A DNA stretch of 64,000 nucleotides from an uncultured Methylomirabilota bacterium (GCA_963705305.1 OY970067.1:1536001-1600000); one strand, 5' to 3'. Shown: positions 30,960 to 42,611, counted from the first letter of the stretch. The notes: a model not told the origin generated them from the letters alone. Numbers and translations: made by a program.

Positions 30960-31583
30960 CTACCCGGCGGATTCTCCTGCCTGGGCGAGGCGCGCCTGGA
31001 TTTCCTCCGTCGTGAGGGCATCCCGTCCCACGGGCCGGCGGTCCGAGAGCAGCGTCCCTGTCCGCGGATGCGCCAGCTTTCGCTCGATCATCGCCTTGCG
31101 CCGGAGCTGGGGGTAGAGGAAATGCACGGCGATGGTCGCCGGGGGCGGTACGCCATAGGGGAGCGGCGGGACGCCGAACCCGCCGTCGGCCCGCCGCACG
31201 AATGGCGCCAGTCGGGATTCGTCGTCCCTCAGCGTGTCGCCCCTTTGGGGGCGGCATTGATTGGTGTGCGTCCGGATCGTCTCCCAGGTCGCCAGGTAGG
31301 CTTCCCAGCGATCGGCCTTGTCGAGCATCGAGAGGATGCCGCGATAGAGCAGAATCTGGTTGGCCTGGCACCCGCGCTCGCCGAGCTGCCGGCGGTGCTG
31401 CTGCGTGGCCAGGAGCAGCCGCAATCCTGCTTCCAGGCCATCCTCGTACGCTTCGGTCGCGTCGATCTCTCGCCAAAGGGCCTTCCACGTCTCGCCCTCC
31501 ATGGTGACGCAATAGCTCTCCCAGTCGAGCGGGTCCGCTGTCGGGCGCGAGAGGAGCTGCGCGAGCCATTCCTGAATGTTCAT
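30960..31583 (-). CDS. Hypothetical protein
   Basis: GAGGG RBS, protein-like sequence, co-directional upstream of cgs. Confidence 0.6.
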   Translation of the reverse strand: MNIQEWLAQLLSRPTADPLDWESYCVTMEGETWKALWREIDATEAYEDGLEAGLRLLLATQQHRRQLGERGCQANQILLYRGILSMLDKADRWEAYLATWETIRTHTNQCRPQRGDTLRDDESRLAPFVRRADGGFGVPPLPYGVPPPATIAVHFLYPQLRRKAMIERKLAHPRTGTLLSDRRPVGRDALTTEEIQARLAQAGESAG

Positions 31584-31689
31584 GGGGCCCTCTTGTGAAG
31601 GGGCGATTGGCACGGAGGCTGACCGAAAAGAGCCGGCGTGTCACCGGCGCGAGCGCCAATGCCAGGTGGGGAGGGATGCGTCATACGCC

Positions 31690-32760
31690 TCAGCCTCTTG
31701 TTCGTTCGCTGCGCAGAGCCTTCAAGTGGCCGTACCCGACCCACGCGCGTCGCTCCTCATCCCACAGGCGGTAGGTAAGGGATCTCAGACTGGAGAGCAA
31801 CGTCACGCGTTCGACGCTCTGAAACAGCGGATCGGCATTGTAGCACCTCTCGAGGTTATAGTTGGGGATCCCGGGGCTCAGGTGATGGATGTGGTGGAAC
31901 CCGATGTTGCCCGTGAACCACTGCAGCACCCTGGGGAGCTTATAGAAGGAGCTGCCGTAGAGTGCCGCCGTCACATAGTCCCAGCGGTCGCGGTGCTCCC
32001 AGTAGGCGCCGTCGAATTGATGCTGGATGTAGAACAACCACACCCCGACCGACCCTGCGATCATCAGGACCGTCACCTGGATCGCTAGGTACGCCTGGAG
32101 ACCCATCTGCCAGCTCAGCAGGGCAGCCATCCCGAGAAGGGCCACATTCGTCCAGAAGACGTTGCGGCGTTCTCGCCGGTCCGCCTTCCGCCACGGGAGT
32201 CGCTGTCCGACCACGAGCAAGAAGAGCGGGGCAATGCCGAACAGCACCACCGGGTTCCGTACCAGCCGATAGGCAATCCGCCGCCAGCGCGAAGCTTCGA
32301 GGTACTCTCGCACCGTCAAGGTCCAGACATCTCCGGTGCCCCGCCGATCCAGGTCGCCAGACGTCGCATGGTGGATGGCATGCTTATGCCGCCATTGGTA
32401 ATAGGGGGTGAAGGCCAAAATCCCGGTGATCACCCCCAGGGTATCATTGGCCAGCCGGGACCGGAAAAACGAGCCGTGGCCGCAGTCGTGGAAGATGATG
32501 AAGAGCCGCACCAAGAACCCCGCTGCAAGAATCGCCAGGGCGAGCGTGATCCAGTAGGAAAGCGCCAGGCTTCGGTCCATCCCATACCACAGCACCCCAT
32601 ACGAGACGACCGCGCTCGCCGCCTGCCACACGCTGCAGCTCAAGGCAGGCTTCTCATATCGAGATACGATCGGCTTCCACATGGACTTGGCAGGCTGGAG
32701 TGTGTTGAAGGAGAGGACCCGATCGCCCCTTCCTTCCGTCGTAGACCGCGGGGAGTTCAC
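31690..32760 (-). CDS. Membrane fatty acid desaturase
   Basis: Histidine boxes HDCGH, HAIHH, HHIHH; GTG start after AAGGAG. Confidence 0.92.
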   Translation of the reverse strand: MNSPRSTTEGRGDRVLSFNTLQPAKSMWKPIVSRYEKPALSCSVWQAASAVVSYGVLWYGMDRSLALSYWITLALAILAAGFLVRLFIIFHDCGHGSFFRSRLANDTLGVITGILAFTPYYQWRHKHAIHHATSGDLDRRGTGDVWTLTVREYLEASRWRRIAYRLVRNPVVLFGIAPLFLLVVGQRLPWRKADRRERRNVFWTNVALLGMAALLSWQMGLQAYLAIQVTVLMIAGSVGVWLFYIQHQFDGAYWEHRDRWDYVTAALYGSSFYKLPRVLQWFTGNIGFHHIHHLSPGIPNYNLERCYNADPLFQSVERVTLLSSLRSLTYRLWDEERRAWVGYGHLKALRSERTRG

Positions 32761-32882
32761 TCTTGTACTCCTTGTAGTGTGGTCTAGGGTTCGCATCACA
32801 ATGCAGCATCCTACAGGGGGGGGCTGCGGGCGATGCCCGGGACCTGCGACTCCCGCCACACTGGCCCCACTCGCATCGCGCA

Positions 32883-33083
32883 TTACCCGGCTCTCCCGCT
32901 GTCGCAGAATGCCTCCGCGGAGGCCTTCGCCTCCCGCTGGTTCCTCCAGGGGCCCCCGAGGACCGCACGATCGCCCCCCACATCCTTCTCCGCCGCGCGG
33001 GCCTTGGCCCACCACACGCCTTCGTCCCGGAGGGTCGTGATCGTGTAGCGCTGATAGGGGTAGCTCGTCCACTCCGCGTCCAT
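32883..33083 (-). CDS. 66-aa hypothetical protein, paralog A
   Basis: Strongly similar to 37101-37301 at protein level; GAGG RBS. Confidence 0.8.
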   Translation of the reverse strand: MDAEWTSYPYQRYTITTLRDEGVWWAKARAAEKDVGGDRAVLGGPWRNQREAKASAEAFCDSGRAG

Positions 33084-33183
33084 GGTCGTCCTCTGCCGTC
33101 ACTCCACCGAAGCAATGCCCCCGGCCATTCGCGAACCCGAGCGACCGGGGGCCATCCCCGTGGAGTCCAAGAGCCCCGTCTGC

Positions 33184-33396
33184 TTAGGCGATGGGAGGGC
33201 CCACTTTCATATGAGCGGCCCGCGGGCCCTTTTCGCCCTTCTCAATATCGAACTCGACGGCCTGTCCTTCCGCCAGGGCGTCGAACTCCTCACCCGGGAG
33301 CGCCGACCGGTGAAAGAAGAGCTCTACCCCATCGGAGGCCTGAATGAACCCAAAGCCTCGCTCCCGGACCAGCTTCTTGACCGTGCCTGTTGCCAT
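33184..33396 (-). CDS. Cold-shock domain protein
   Basis: GTVK, RGFGFI, LFFH, EGQAVEF, GPRA; AAGGAG RBS. Confidence 0.93.
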   Translation of the reverse strand: MATGTVKKLVRERGFGFIQASDGVELFFHRSALPGEEFDALAEGQAVEFDIEKGEKGPRAAHMKVGPPIA

Positions 33397-33529
33397 GATT
33401 ACCGCTCCTTTCCGGATCGCCATCCGGCATACATTTCACTGCCCACCACTGCGCCACCAGACCATTCTTGGCGCCTGCACTTCCTGCCTCCTCGGCCGTC
33501 CGTTCAGGGCCGCGTCGCTCCGACCCGAA

Positions 33530-33687
33530 AGGGTTGCACCCCCCGCCCTGGACCACCTCCTTCTCCACCAGCCGGCATGCGGGTTGCTCGAGGAAGTCCC
33601 GCTGCGATGCGAGGAGGGCGCCGAGCCTTGCGTGCGCCTCGACTATGAGCCCGCTCCCTCGGCGTCGACGAGTCGCGCCGTCTCCGC
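33530..33687 (-). pseudogene. ftsH 3' relic
   Basis: AETARLVDAE / EAHARLGALLASQRDFLEQ..RLVEKEVV aligns with the C-terminus of ftsH at 49158-51038; frameshifted. Confidence 0.8.
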
Positions 33688-33709
33688 CCGGTGATGGATC
33701 TCACGCCGA

Positions 33710-34027
33710 TCATCGGGTCCCTGACCTTGCCCTTCTCTTCTCCCCCCGCAGGGTTTCCGGGCGCAGAGTCATGCGCTTCCCGTTGGCTCCCCCTTTGCGG
33801 GCGAGGCTCCGGATGCGGCGGATCGCATTGGCCTGGGCCTCCACGTTTGCGAGCAGATTGGGCTTGCCATCCCGCTTCAGCCCCTCCTCGATGAGGGCGC
33901 GGAACACGATCTGCAGGCTCACCGGGAGCTTGAGCGTGGTCGTCGCCTTCCCCGCCAAGGCCCGCGCCCGGTCGAGGATGTCTTGGGGGAGAATCAGCAG
34001 AACCCTGGACCTATTGGCGAACATCAT
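33710..34027 (-). CDS. Small basic protein, possible ribbon-helix-helix DNA-binding protein
   Basis: RSRVLLILPQDILDRAR...RALIEEGL; own AT-rich promoter. Confidence 0.6.
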   Translation of the reverse strand: MMFANRSRVLLILPQDILDRARALAGKATTTLKLPVSLQIVFRALIEEGLKRDGKPNLLANVEAQANAIRRIRSLARKGGANGKRMTLRPETLRGEKRRARSGTR

Positions 34028-34109
34028 CCGATCCCCCCTATCTGCCGGCCGAGCCTCCGCGTCAAACGCCCCGTCTATTTCATCGTTACATACTTTATAC
34101 TATTGATAT

Positions 34110-34148
34110 ATATTATATTACATGTTGTGCCTGGTCAAGCGCAACATG
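34110..34148 (-). promoter_or_regulatory. Sigma70 promoter with inverted repeat around the -35
   Basis: TTGACC-N17-TAATAT; CATGTTG(T)GC at 34121-34130 and GC(G)CAACATG at 34139-34148. Confidence 0.55.
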
Positions 34149-34417
34149 AGGTTAGCCTCCAGATTCCGCCCGTAGTGTGCCCAGGTCCCCCATCCGTGCC
34201 GGCCGCCGCCCGCGGATTGAGCGCCTCGTACGCCGCCTGCACTCGCTCGCTGGCGACGCACCAGCTATGGCCTTCCGCCTCTCCATGCGGCGTCGGCACT
34301 CCAGACTGAGCACCTCGTTCGAGGCGGTGAATTGCTTGGTTGGATGTGGCATGGCATCCGCGATGTCCCATCCGGGATGCCATGCCCCACACAAGGGGGA
34401 AAGCCTCCTGCGACCGT

Positions 34418-36127
<1,710 letters not shown>

Positions 36128-36418
36128 TTACTGCAGGATGCCGAGGACATCCTCCTCCCGCATGATCAGGTATTCCTCATCGTTCAGCTTCACTTCGCTC
36201 CCCGAGTACTTGCCGAAGAGGATCTTGTCGCCCACCTTCACCGCCATGGGCTGGAGCTTTCCATCGTCGGTGACCTTGCCGGGACCCACGGCGATGACTT
36301 CGGCCTCCTGGGGCTTCTCCTTGGCGGTATCCGGGATGATGATCCCGCCCTTCTTCGTCTCTTTCTCCTCCAGACGCTTGACCAGGATCCGGTCGTGCAA
36401 TGGCTTCATCTTCTTCAT
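36128..36418 (-). CDS. groES: Co-chaperonin GroES
   Basis: [37 protein letters not shown]. Confidence 0.97.
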   Translation of the reverse strand: MKKMKPLHDRILVKRLEEKETKKGGIIIPDTAKEKPQEAEVIAVGPGKVTDDGKLQPMAVKVGDKILFGKYSGSEVKLNDEEYLIMREEDVLGILQ

Positions 36419-36504
36419 TGTGCTTCGCTCCTTTCGACAACGGATGCGGAATGATCGGCGCACCCGTGCAGCCGAGCACTGCGATGGGGTCGGCGCCTCG
36501 AGGT

Positions 36505-36605
36505 TCCCACGGTGCGAGCACCGCCTGAGCGGAGACGCCGTGAGGCTCCGGACGGCCTCGAGGCAATGCACACACGAGCGCTCCTGCTATTCATTGACAG
36601 GTCTT
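36505..36605 (-). pseudogene. Decayed FmdB-like zinc-ribbon gene
   Basis: [30 protein letters not shown] aligns with MPTYEYQCRSCGRRFDAFQSIMASPLTRCPH at 51400-51696. Confidence 0.65.
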
Positions 36606-36624
36606 CCCACGTTCTCTCATCACT

Positions 36625-37101
36625 CTACCGAAGATCCGTCACGTAGCTGTCCATCCTGGCCAGGATCCCGCGGATGGTCCGCGAACTGCGCCCCTCCTCC
36701 TCGGCCATCTCCCCCAGCCTCCCGCGGAGGAGCCCGTCCGGCGTCAGCCAGCGGGCCTGCCGGTACAGCGTGTACAGATCTTCGGTCTCCGCCAGGTCCT
36801 GGATGAGCTTGGTGGCCGTCAGCGCCCCGCGCCGACGCGCGGTCCCCGCAGCTGCCGCCAGAGTGGCTCCGCCCCCGATCTCGAGCGCCAGCGCGTGAGC
36901 GTTCTGGCCCTCCCGCGCGGCCAGCCCCTCGAGGCTTAGCCGGTGGGGGGCGAAGCGCACCGCGCGCGCCCGGTCGGCCAGGTGGTCCGCCAAGGCCGTT
37001 TCCTGCCAATAGATCCGGGTCAGGAGCCCCTGCAGGGCCTCCGTAGTGTCCGGGTCCGGCCCGGCCTCCTCGACCCGCTGGCCCCACCACGAGTCGCGCA
37101 T
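36625..37101 (-). CDS. Ferritin-like four-helix-bundle protein
   Basis: Helical pattern E..LA.H / RE..NA..L / E..LY..Y / EE; start overlaps upstream stop (TAATG). Confidence 0.6.
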   Translation of the reverse strand: MRDSWWGQRVEEAGPDPDTTEALQGLLTRIYWQETALADHLADRARAVRFAPHRLSLEGLAAREGQNAHALALEIGGGATLAAAAGTARRRGALTATKLIQDLAETEDLYTLYRQARWLTPDGLLRGRLGEMAEEEGRSSRTIRGILARMDSYVTDLR

Positions 37102-37301
37102 TACCCCGCCCTCCCGCTGTCGCAGAATGCCTCCGCGGCGGTCTTCGCCTCTCCCTTGTTCTTCCAGGGGCCGCCCAGGACTGCGCGATCGCCCCCGGCC
37201 TCCTTCTCTGCCACGCGGGCCCTGGCCCACCATGTGCCCTCGTCTTGGAACGTCGAGATCGTGTAGCGCTGGTACGCGTAGCACCGTGTCTCCTCGTCCA
37301 T
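37101..37301 (-). CDS. 66-aa hypothetical protein, paralog B
   Basis: YQRYTI.T..DEG.WWA.AR.AEK..GGDRAVLGGPW.N..EAK..AEAFCDSGRAG shared with 32883-33083; AAGGAG RBS. Confidence 0.8.
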   Translation of the reverse strand: MDEETRCYAYQRYTISTFQDEGTWWARARVAEKEAGGDRAVLGGPWKNKGEAKTAAEAFCDSGRAG

Positions 37302-37456
37302 GGCCGCTCTCCTTCCGCATCTCCCGGGATTCTTACGTCCTACCCCCTCGGACTCCCGTGGGGCCAAGGTGTCACCCTGGGAGGTTCCGTATGTCGCAAC
37401 CGCGGACCGGGTCAGCCTCCATCCCTCCGTCCTGTAGACACCTCCTTCAAATGAGT

Positions 37457-37606
37457 ATGCAACAACAGATCCACACGGCGTCTCGATTGGCCTGAAAAGG
37501 TCTCAGCCCTGATGAATCGGGTGGTTAGATGAGATGCTGCGGTGAAGTCTTCGCGTGGACACCGGCGGGAAACACCCGAGATATCGGAGCGGCTCCGATG
37601 GGTTGG
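37457..37606 (-). promoter_or_regulatory. Sigma54 module A (enhancer, IHF-like site, -24/-12)
   Basis: TGGATCTGTTGTTGCAT (37473-37457); AATCGG-N4-TTA at 37515; CCGA-N4-TCGG-AGCGGCT-CCGA-N4-TTGG at 37576-37606. Confidence 0.8.
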
Positions 37607-37709
37607 AGGGGGAGGCGGAACTCAGCGGGCACGCTGGAACCCGAGCGTCTCGATACGGGACGCGAGCGTGGTGGACTTGAGGCGGAGAAACGTGGCGGCG
37701 CCGGCCGGC

Positions 37710-39566
37710 TCACCCCTTCGAAGTCCCCACGGCAACAGGCTGCGCGGTTATCGGGCCGTCCCCCCAGAACCCCAGCAGCTCGCCCGCCCGGGTGTAGGCC
37801 TGCCGGATCCGGTCGAGGTTCTCCGTGAACAGGAGGCCGATCCTCGCGAACGGCTCGAAGACCGGGCCCTGCTCGAAGTTCACCGGGAGCGGGATCACCC
37901 GGGCCCACTTGTCCAGGTTGCCCTGGAGGGCGGCGGTCACGGCGCCCAGACGTTGCGACAGCTCCTCCTTGCCCTTGGCCGCCCGCTCTACGATGGGCGT
38001 GATGATCACGTCCACCGTCTGCTGCACGCGGTGCAGCGCGTCCACCACCGGCTCCGCCAGGGGGGTCACCCGGACGCCCAGCTCGTGCAGGAACTGCTCC
38101 AGGAGCCGCCCCAGGTCCTCCTGGATGAAGGCCTCGGGGACCGCCACGGCACCTTGGGCGCCCCGGCCGGCGCGCTGGCGCTCCGCGTACAGCTCCTGCC
38201 GGAGCCGCGCGGTGTGCGCCCGGTTCACCGGGTCCTTCCACCAGTCCCCCACCAGTCGCTTGGCGGAGAACCGGAGGGCGGCGGTGAAGAGGTCGCGTCG
38301 GAAGAGCGACTCCAGGATGGCGCCCCAGGAGTAGAACTGCTCGGTGGCCTGCATGGCCGCCATCTGCAGCTCGTAGGGAGCGATCCTGCGCGGCTGGTGG
38401 ACGCAGTGGTGCCCGTCGTACAGCTCCCAGTTGTTGCTGAGGATGTCCTTCTTGCCCTGGGCGTAGAGGGTGCGCCAGTCGGACGAGCCGGGGCACGGGG
38501 TGAGGATCATGAATTGGACGGATTCGATGTGGTTGGCGCGGGCGAATCGGGCCGTCTGGTAGATGGTCTCCACGTCGTCCTCGTCGGAGCCCACCACGAA
38601 CATTCCGTGGATCTTGATTCCATGGTCGTGGAACTTGTCGATGGCTCGCTGGATCTTGGCCAGGTCTTGCTTCTTCTTGAAGAGGCGCAGGGTCTTCGGA
38701 TTGATTGACTCGAAGCCGACGTAGACATTGAAGCAGTTGCTCCGGCGCATGAGCTGGAGCAGCTCGTCGTCGTTCACCGTCTCCGTGCGCACCTGGGCGC
38801 CCCACTTGGGCGTGATCCCCTCGGCGATCATGCGGGTCAGCAGGTCCTTGGTGCGTTTCGGGTTGGCGGTGAAGATATCGTCGGCGAAGAAGATGTAGGG
38901 GGTCCCGGCGTGGGTCTGTAGCTCGGCGATCACCCGGTCGATGGAATGGGTCCGGAACGCGCTCCCGTACATCCCGGGCACCGAGCAGAAGGTGCAGGGG
39001 AAGGGACACCCGCGAGAGGTGGCCACCGAGGCAATGCGCTGGCGCCCGTACCCCACCACCAGGGAGAAGTCCGGGATGGGGTTCACATCCAGATCGGTCA
39101 ACCTGGGCTGGTCCGGGTTGTGCGCCTTCTGGCCGTCGCGCCAGCAGGAGAGGCCCTGGATCCCCGCGACCCCCCGGCCCCGCTCGAGGGCCTCCGCGAG
39201 TTCCGGGAAGGCGACCTCGCCCTCCCCGCGGATCACGAAGTCGGCGTGGTCGAGGCCCTCGTCCGGCAGGAAGCTCACGTGGGTCCCCCCTAGGACCACG
39301 GGGATGCCGGCCGCCCGGACCGTGGCGGCCAGGCGGTAGGACGGTGGCGCGGTGGGGGTGATGGTGGAGATGCCCACGAGGTCCGCCGCGAGGACCTCCC
39401 CCATGTCCACGGGGGCGATGTCCTCGATGTAGACCTTCACGTCCCAGCCCCGATCCCGCATGATGGTGCCCAGAAGCACCGACCCCAGGCGGGGGATGGT
39501 GAGCCGACTGTACACGTGGAGGTGGGTCGACGAAGGCTCCACGAGGACCACCCGCTTCCGGTTCAT
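37710..39566 (-). CDS. B12-binding radical SAM protein with C-terminal extension
   Basis: VLGGTH, RGEGE, TSRGCPFPCTFC, FADD, GFES. Confidence 0.92.
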   Translation of the reverse strand: MNRKRVVLVEPSSTHLHVYSRLTIPRLGSVLLGTIMRDRGWDVKVYIEDIAPVDMGEVLAADLVGISTITPTAPPSYRLAATVRAAGIPVVLGGTHVSFLPDEGLDHADFVIRGEGEVAFPELAEALERGRGVAGIQGLSCWRDGQKAHNPDQPRLTDLDVNPIPDFSLVVGYGRQRIASVATSRGCPFPCTFCSVPGMYGSAFRTHSIDRVIAELQTHAGTPYIFFADDIFTANPKRTKDLLTRMIAEGITPKWGAQVRTETVNDDELLQLMRRSNCFNVYVGFESINPKTLRLFKKKQDLAKIQRAIDKFHDHGIKIHGMFVVGSDEDDVETIYQTARFARANHIESVQFMILTPCPGSSDWRTLYAQGKKDILSNNWELYDGHHCVHQPRRIAPYELQMAAMQATEQFYSWGAILESLFRRDLFTAALRFSAKRLVGDWWKDPVNRAHTARLRQELYAERQRAGRGAQGAVAVPEAFIQEDLGRLLEQFLHELGVRVTPLAEPVVDALHRVQQTVDVIITPIVERAAKGKEELSQRLGAVTAALQGNLDKWARVIPLPVNFEQGPVFEPFARIGLLFTENLDRIRQAYTRAGELLGFWGDGPITAQPVAVGTSKG

Positions 39567-39704
39567 CTCGGACTCCGTGCTGGCGGCCTGCTCCGCGCCT
39601 CAGGGATCGGCTCGCACGGCACTGGGAACGCCGGGGCGCTCCTGTCTAAGCCGCGCAGGCCATGCGTGCGCACGCGCAGGGAGAGGCTCCTGGCTCGCGC
39701 CGAT

Positions 39705-39875
39705 TCAGTGCTGCCTGCTCTTCTCCTCGAGGTCCTTGCGCCCTTTCTCGGCGGTCCGGTACTCGCCAGTCATGGTGATGACGGACTTTTTGAGTGAAAG
39801 GACCTTGAAGTACCAGACACCCCCGCCTCCGACAACGAGCCCAATGAGGATTCCCAACCAGAAACTGCTGTCCAT
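39705..39875 (-). CDS. 56-aa single-pass membrane protein (below ORF-track cutoff)
   Basis: AAAGGAG RBS; MDSSFWLGILIGLVVGGGGVWYFKVLSLKK...KSRQH. Confidence 0.7.
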   Translation of the reverse strand: MDSSFWLGILIGLVVGGGGVWYFKVLSLKKSVITMTGEYRTAEKGRKDLEEKSRQH

Positions 39876-40001
39876 GGCATTCTCCTTTCATCCAACCAGC
39901 AGCGAGGTCACAAGGCTGAAAGGCTGGCCGCGCTTCATCTCCTTCATCTTGTTCATCTTGTGAGCGCTCTGGCCATCCAGGCGGCCTGGGAGTGGGACGG
40001 C

Positions 40002-40421
40002 CTACTTGCTGACCAACATAAGCAGCCTGGCACACTCGGAGGCCACCTTGCTATCGGGTGTCTCCTCACCGGGCATCGTCGCCCACCCCTGTTTTTCTAC
40101 GTACTCACTCCGCTGCCACGAATCTGTTTTTTCCAATTCTTTGAGCTTCTGGTCTTTCCCGGGATCCCGGTTGAACTGGACGACACACATCGGTGCCAGG
40201 CGCTTGACGACAGCATCTTCCGCCATCGTCTGCGCCATGCTCCGGGCGGTCCCCCCCGTCACCCATCCGCCCCACGCAAAGCCGATGATCATTGTGAGAA
40301 CAACAGAGCCAACCCATGACCAGAAGACGATCGTTTTCGTCGGGCGCGCCTCATCCCACCGCTGTCGAAGACTCAGCTTCCGCGTTTGTTCCCCGCCTCT
40401 ACCCCCCTTATCCTGCTCCAT
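40002..40421 (-). CDS. Membrane-anchored hypothetical protein, paralog A
   Basis: GFAWGGWVTG, LAP.CVVQF, GWATMPG, ..CA; paralog at 54691-55104. Confidence 0.85.
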   Translation of the reverse strand: MEQDKGGRGGEQTRKLSLRQRWDEARPTKTIVFWSWVGSVVLTMIIGFAWGGWVTGGTARSMAQTMAEDAVVKRLAPMCVVQFNRDPGKDQKLKELEKTDSWQRSEYVEKQGWATMPGEETPDSKVASECARLLMLVSK

Positions 40422-40752
40422 TGTTCTCCTCCTCCGTACGCCACGTGTTTCGACCGGAAACAGCCTTGGGGGTTGTGGTTGATCCAGGCAGATCGTGCAT
40501 TCCCTCCTCGCTGCACTCCTGGGAGTTCGCTCTGGTGCTGCTACGCAGGCACTCCCATTCGGTGCTGTCTGTAGTCCCCCGACTCCGCATCCAATGGCAC
40601 GGCAGGTGGCGATGCCTGCCGCCGCTCACCCAGGCGGCGCAGCTCTTCGCTGGCACGCGTGTAGGCGGCGACTGCGGAGTCCAACACGGCCTTCATCGAG
40701 GCCTCGGATCCCGCCAGGGGGCCGGTGCCGCTGCGGTATACAGGGTCCGCTC

Positions 40753-40989
40753 CTAGATGCTCGCCCAGAGCAGGCGCTGGGCGCCGATCACGAGGACCGC
40801 CCCGATGAACGCGACGACGACCGCCATGAAGAGCCCCGCGCCGGGAGAAACCCCCAGGGCCCGGAAGATCCAGCTTCCCAGGAGGCTGCCGACGAGCCCG
40901 AGGACGATGTCGCCGATCAGCCCGTAGCCGCCGCCCTTCATGACGAACCCGGCCAGCCAGCCGGCCAGCAGCCCGACGAGCACCCACAT
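40753..40989 (-). CDS. GlsB/YeaQ/YmgE stress-response membrane protein
   Basis: VGLLAGWLA...GYGLIGDIVLGLVGSLLG...AFIGAVLVI. Confidence 0.88.
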   Translation of the reverse strand: MWVLVGLLAGWLAGFVMKGGGYGLIGDIVLGLVGSLLGSWIFRALGVSPGAGLFMAVVVAFIGAVLVIGAQRLLWASI

Positions 40990-41229
40990 CGCAAACAGTT
41001 CCAGCGTCCTGGCCCTTCCTCCTTCACCGACTGCGCCGGTCTTCCCCCGGCCCCTCGCGCCGTCTCGCGGGAGGGGCCGCCCCTCCGGTCCGGGCCCCGC
41101 GACGCCCACCGATGGGAAGTGCCCAGCCCGGGCCGGCTGTGCCGAGGATGGGTGGGGACCGCCGTAGACGGCCCCCAGCCGCCCCCCGTACGCCGGCGGC
41201 TCCCTAGATCAACCGACCGGGCCCGACCG

Positions 41230-41805
41230 CTACTTGTCCTTGTGGCTCTGGAACGGCTCCTTCAGCACCACCTTCACGCCGGCGATCGTGCCCGTCACGG
41301 CGTTGCGCACCTGCGCCGCAGCCGCCGAGCCGATCTCGCCCGCAGCCTTGAGCGCCCCCGTCGCGGCGGCCGCGGCGGCCTCCTCCGCGCTCAAGCCGAC
41401 GGCTTTCGCGCCGGCGATCGCACCCTCGACGGCGCCCTTCGCCGCCGAGCCCAGGTCGCCGCCGACCTCGGCCGTGCTCTTGACCAGGGCGGCGGCGGTT
41501 GCGCTCACGGCGTCGAGCGCCTCGCCGCCGACCTCCTTGGTGCCGCGCAGCACGCCGATCACTGCCCCCTTGGCCGCGCTGCCGATGTCGGCGCCGATCT
41601 CGGTCACGCCCTGGACCACTCCGCGCACCACCGCCGAGATCGCCCCGGTGAGCGCCGCGCCCATCTCTCCGGTGCGCGTGACCGCGTTGACCAGGCTGCC
41701 GCTCACCGTGTCGACGACGGCGTCCGTGATCTCACCGACGCCCTTCACTGCGGAGACGATACTGTCCTTTACCGATTTCGCCAGGCTCTTGCTCTCGTCC
41801 GGCAT
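41230..41805 (-). CDS. Ala/Gly/Val-rich repetitive protein
   Basis: Internal repeats such as GADIGSAAKGAVIG / GGDLGSAAKGAVEG. Confidence 0.8.
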   Translation of the reverse strand: MPDESKSLAKSVKDSIVSAVKGVGEITDAVVDTVSGSLVNAVTRTGEMGAALTGAISAVVRGVVQGVTEIGADIGSAAKGAVIGVLRGTKEVGGEALDAVSATAAALVKSTAEVGGDLGSAAKGAVEGAIAGAKAVGLSAEEAAAAAATGALKAAGEIGSAAAAQVRNAVTGTIAGVKVVLKEPFQSHKDK

Positions 41806-42029
41806 GGGAGGCCCCCTTTCTCAGACGATCCCCTGACTTGTGATGGGCCAAATCGCCTGCTGTCGGTTCGCGCCATCAGCGTACCCCCCCCGCGTCGTGG
41901 TGAGGGGGATCGAACACTACTCCATCTGGCCGGAAAGCCGCGGCCGGGCCAAGTCCGTTCAGGAGCGGGGCGGGGGAGTCCACGTCGCAAAGCTGACCCT
42001 GTCCGATACCCCGCGTGTCGAGACCGTCG

Positions 42030-42287
42030 TTACTTGGGCGATCCCTTGCTTCCCTGGGGCCGGCTTGGAGCGCGCTGGGAGTTCGGACTCGGCCAATATC
42101 GCCGACGCGGCGGTGCCATCTTCCGCACCGCTACGCCGTCCTTGGGGCTGGTGCGCGCACCAGCCTTCTCGTCCCGCCCGGCGTTCCACCCTTTGAAGCT
42201 GGCCTTCACGGCGCGGGTCCGTTTTTCCAGGTCGCGCTGGATGACCCGGCGCGCCTCTTCGTCGGAGAGCAATCGTTTGGCCGGCAT
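42030..42287 (-). CDS. Small basic hypothetical protein
   Basis: AAGGAGG RBS; first ORF after sigma54 module B; C-terminus may be read-through. Confidence 0.5.
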   Translation of the reverse strand: MPAKRLLSDEEARRVIQRDLEKRTRAVKASFKGWNAGRDEKAGARTSPKDGVAVRKMAPPRRRYWPSPNSQRAPSRPQGSKGSPK

Positions 42288-42379
42288 GATGCGGCCTCCT
42301 TCTCGATGTGTCGAATCAGCGTTGAGCTTGCCGCCAGGATTATCCTCGTCCTATCTATGCGGTGCGCGCTATTCATCCT

Positions 42380-42528
42380 ATGCAAAGATAGATCCAGCTT
42401 GCTCTCGGAGTGGCGCGAAGAGGTCTTGACGCAGCCGAATCGACTGATTGGATCGGACGCCAGGGTGAAATGTCAGCGGCCGGGGCGGCGGGACCACCCG
42501 AAATCTCGGAGCGGCTCCGAGATACTGG
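42380..42528 (-). promoter_or_regulatory. Sigma54 module B
   Basis: TGGATCTATCTTTGCAT (42396-42380); AATCGA-N4-TTG at 42438; CCGA-N4-TCGG-AGCGGCT-CCGA-N4-CTGG at 42498-42528. Confidence 0.8.
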
Positions 42529-42544
42529 AGGCAGGGCCCAACGA

Positions 42545-42595
42545 TCAGCGGGGACGTTCGAGGCCGAGTTTCTTGATGCGGGATTCGAGGGTGGT
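42545..42595 (-). pseudogene. 3' relic of a second sigma54 activator
   Basis: Encodes TTLESRIKKLGLERPR*, identical to the C-terminus of the 52660 activator. Confidence 0.85.
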
Positions 42596-42611
42596 GTTCT
42601 TCCCATCGCGG

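Noticed and set aside
32790..32830. Possible fifth sigma54 promoter upstream of the desaturase
   Set aside because: TGCAT is present but there is no GG at -24 and no CCGA-N4-TCGG enhancer.
36420..36620. CIRCE element upstream of groES
   Set aside because: Consensus not found; the region is a decayed fmdB copy.
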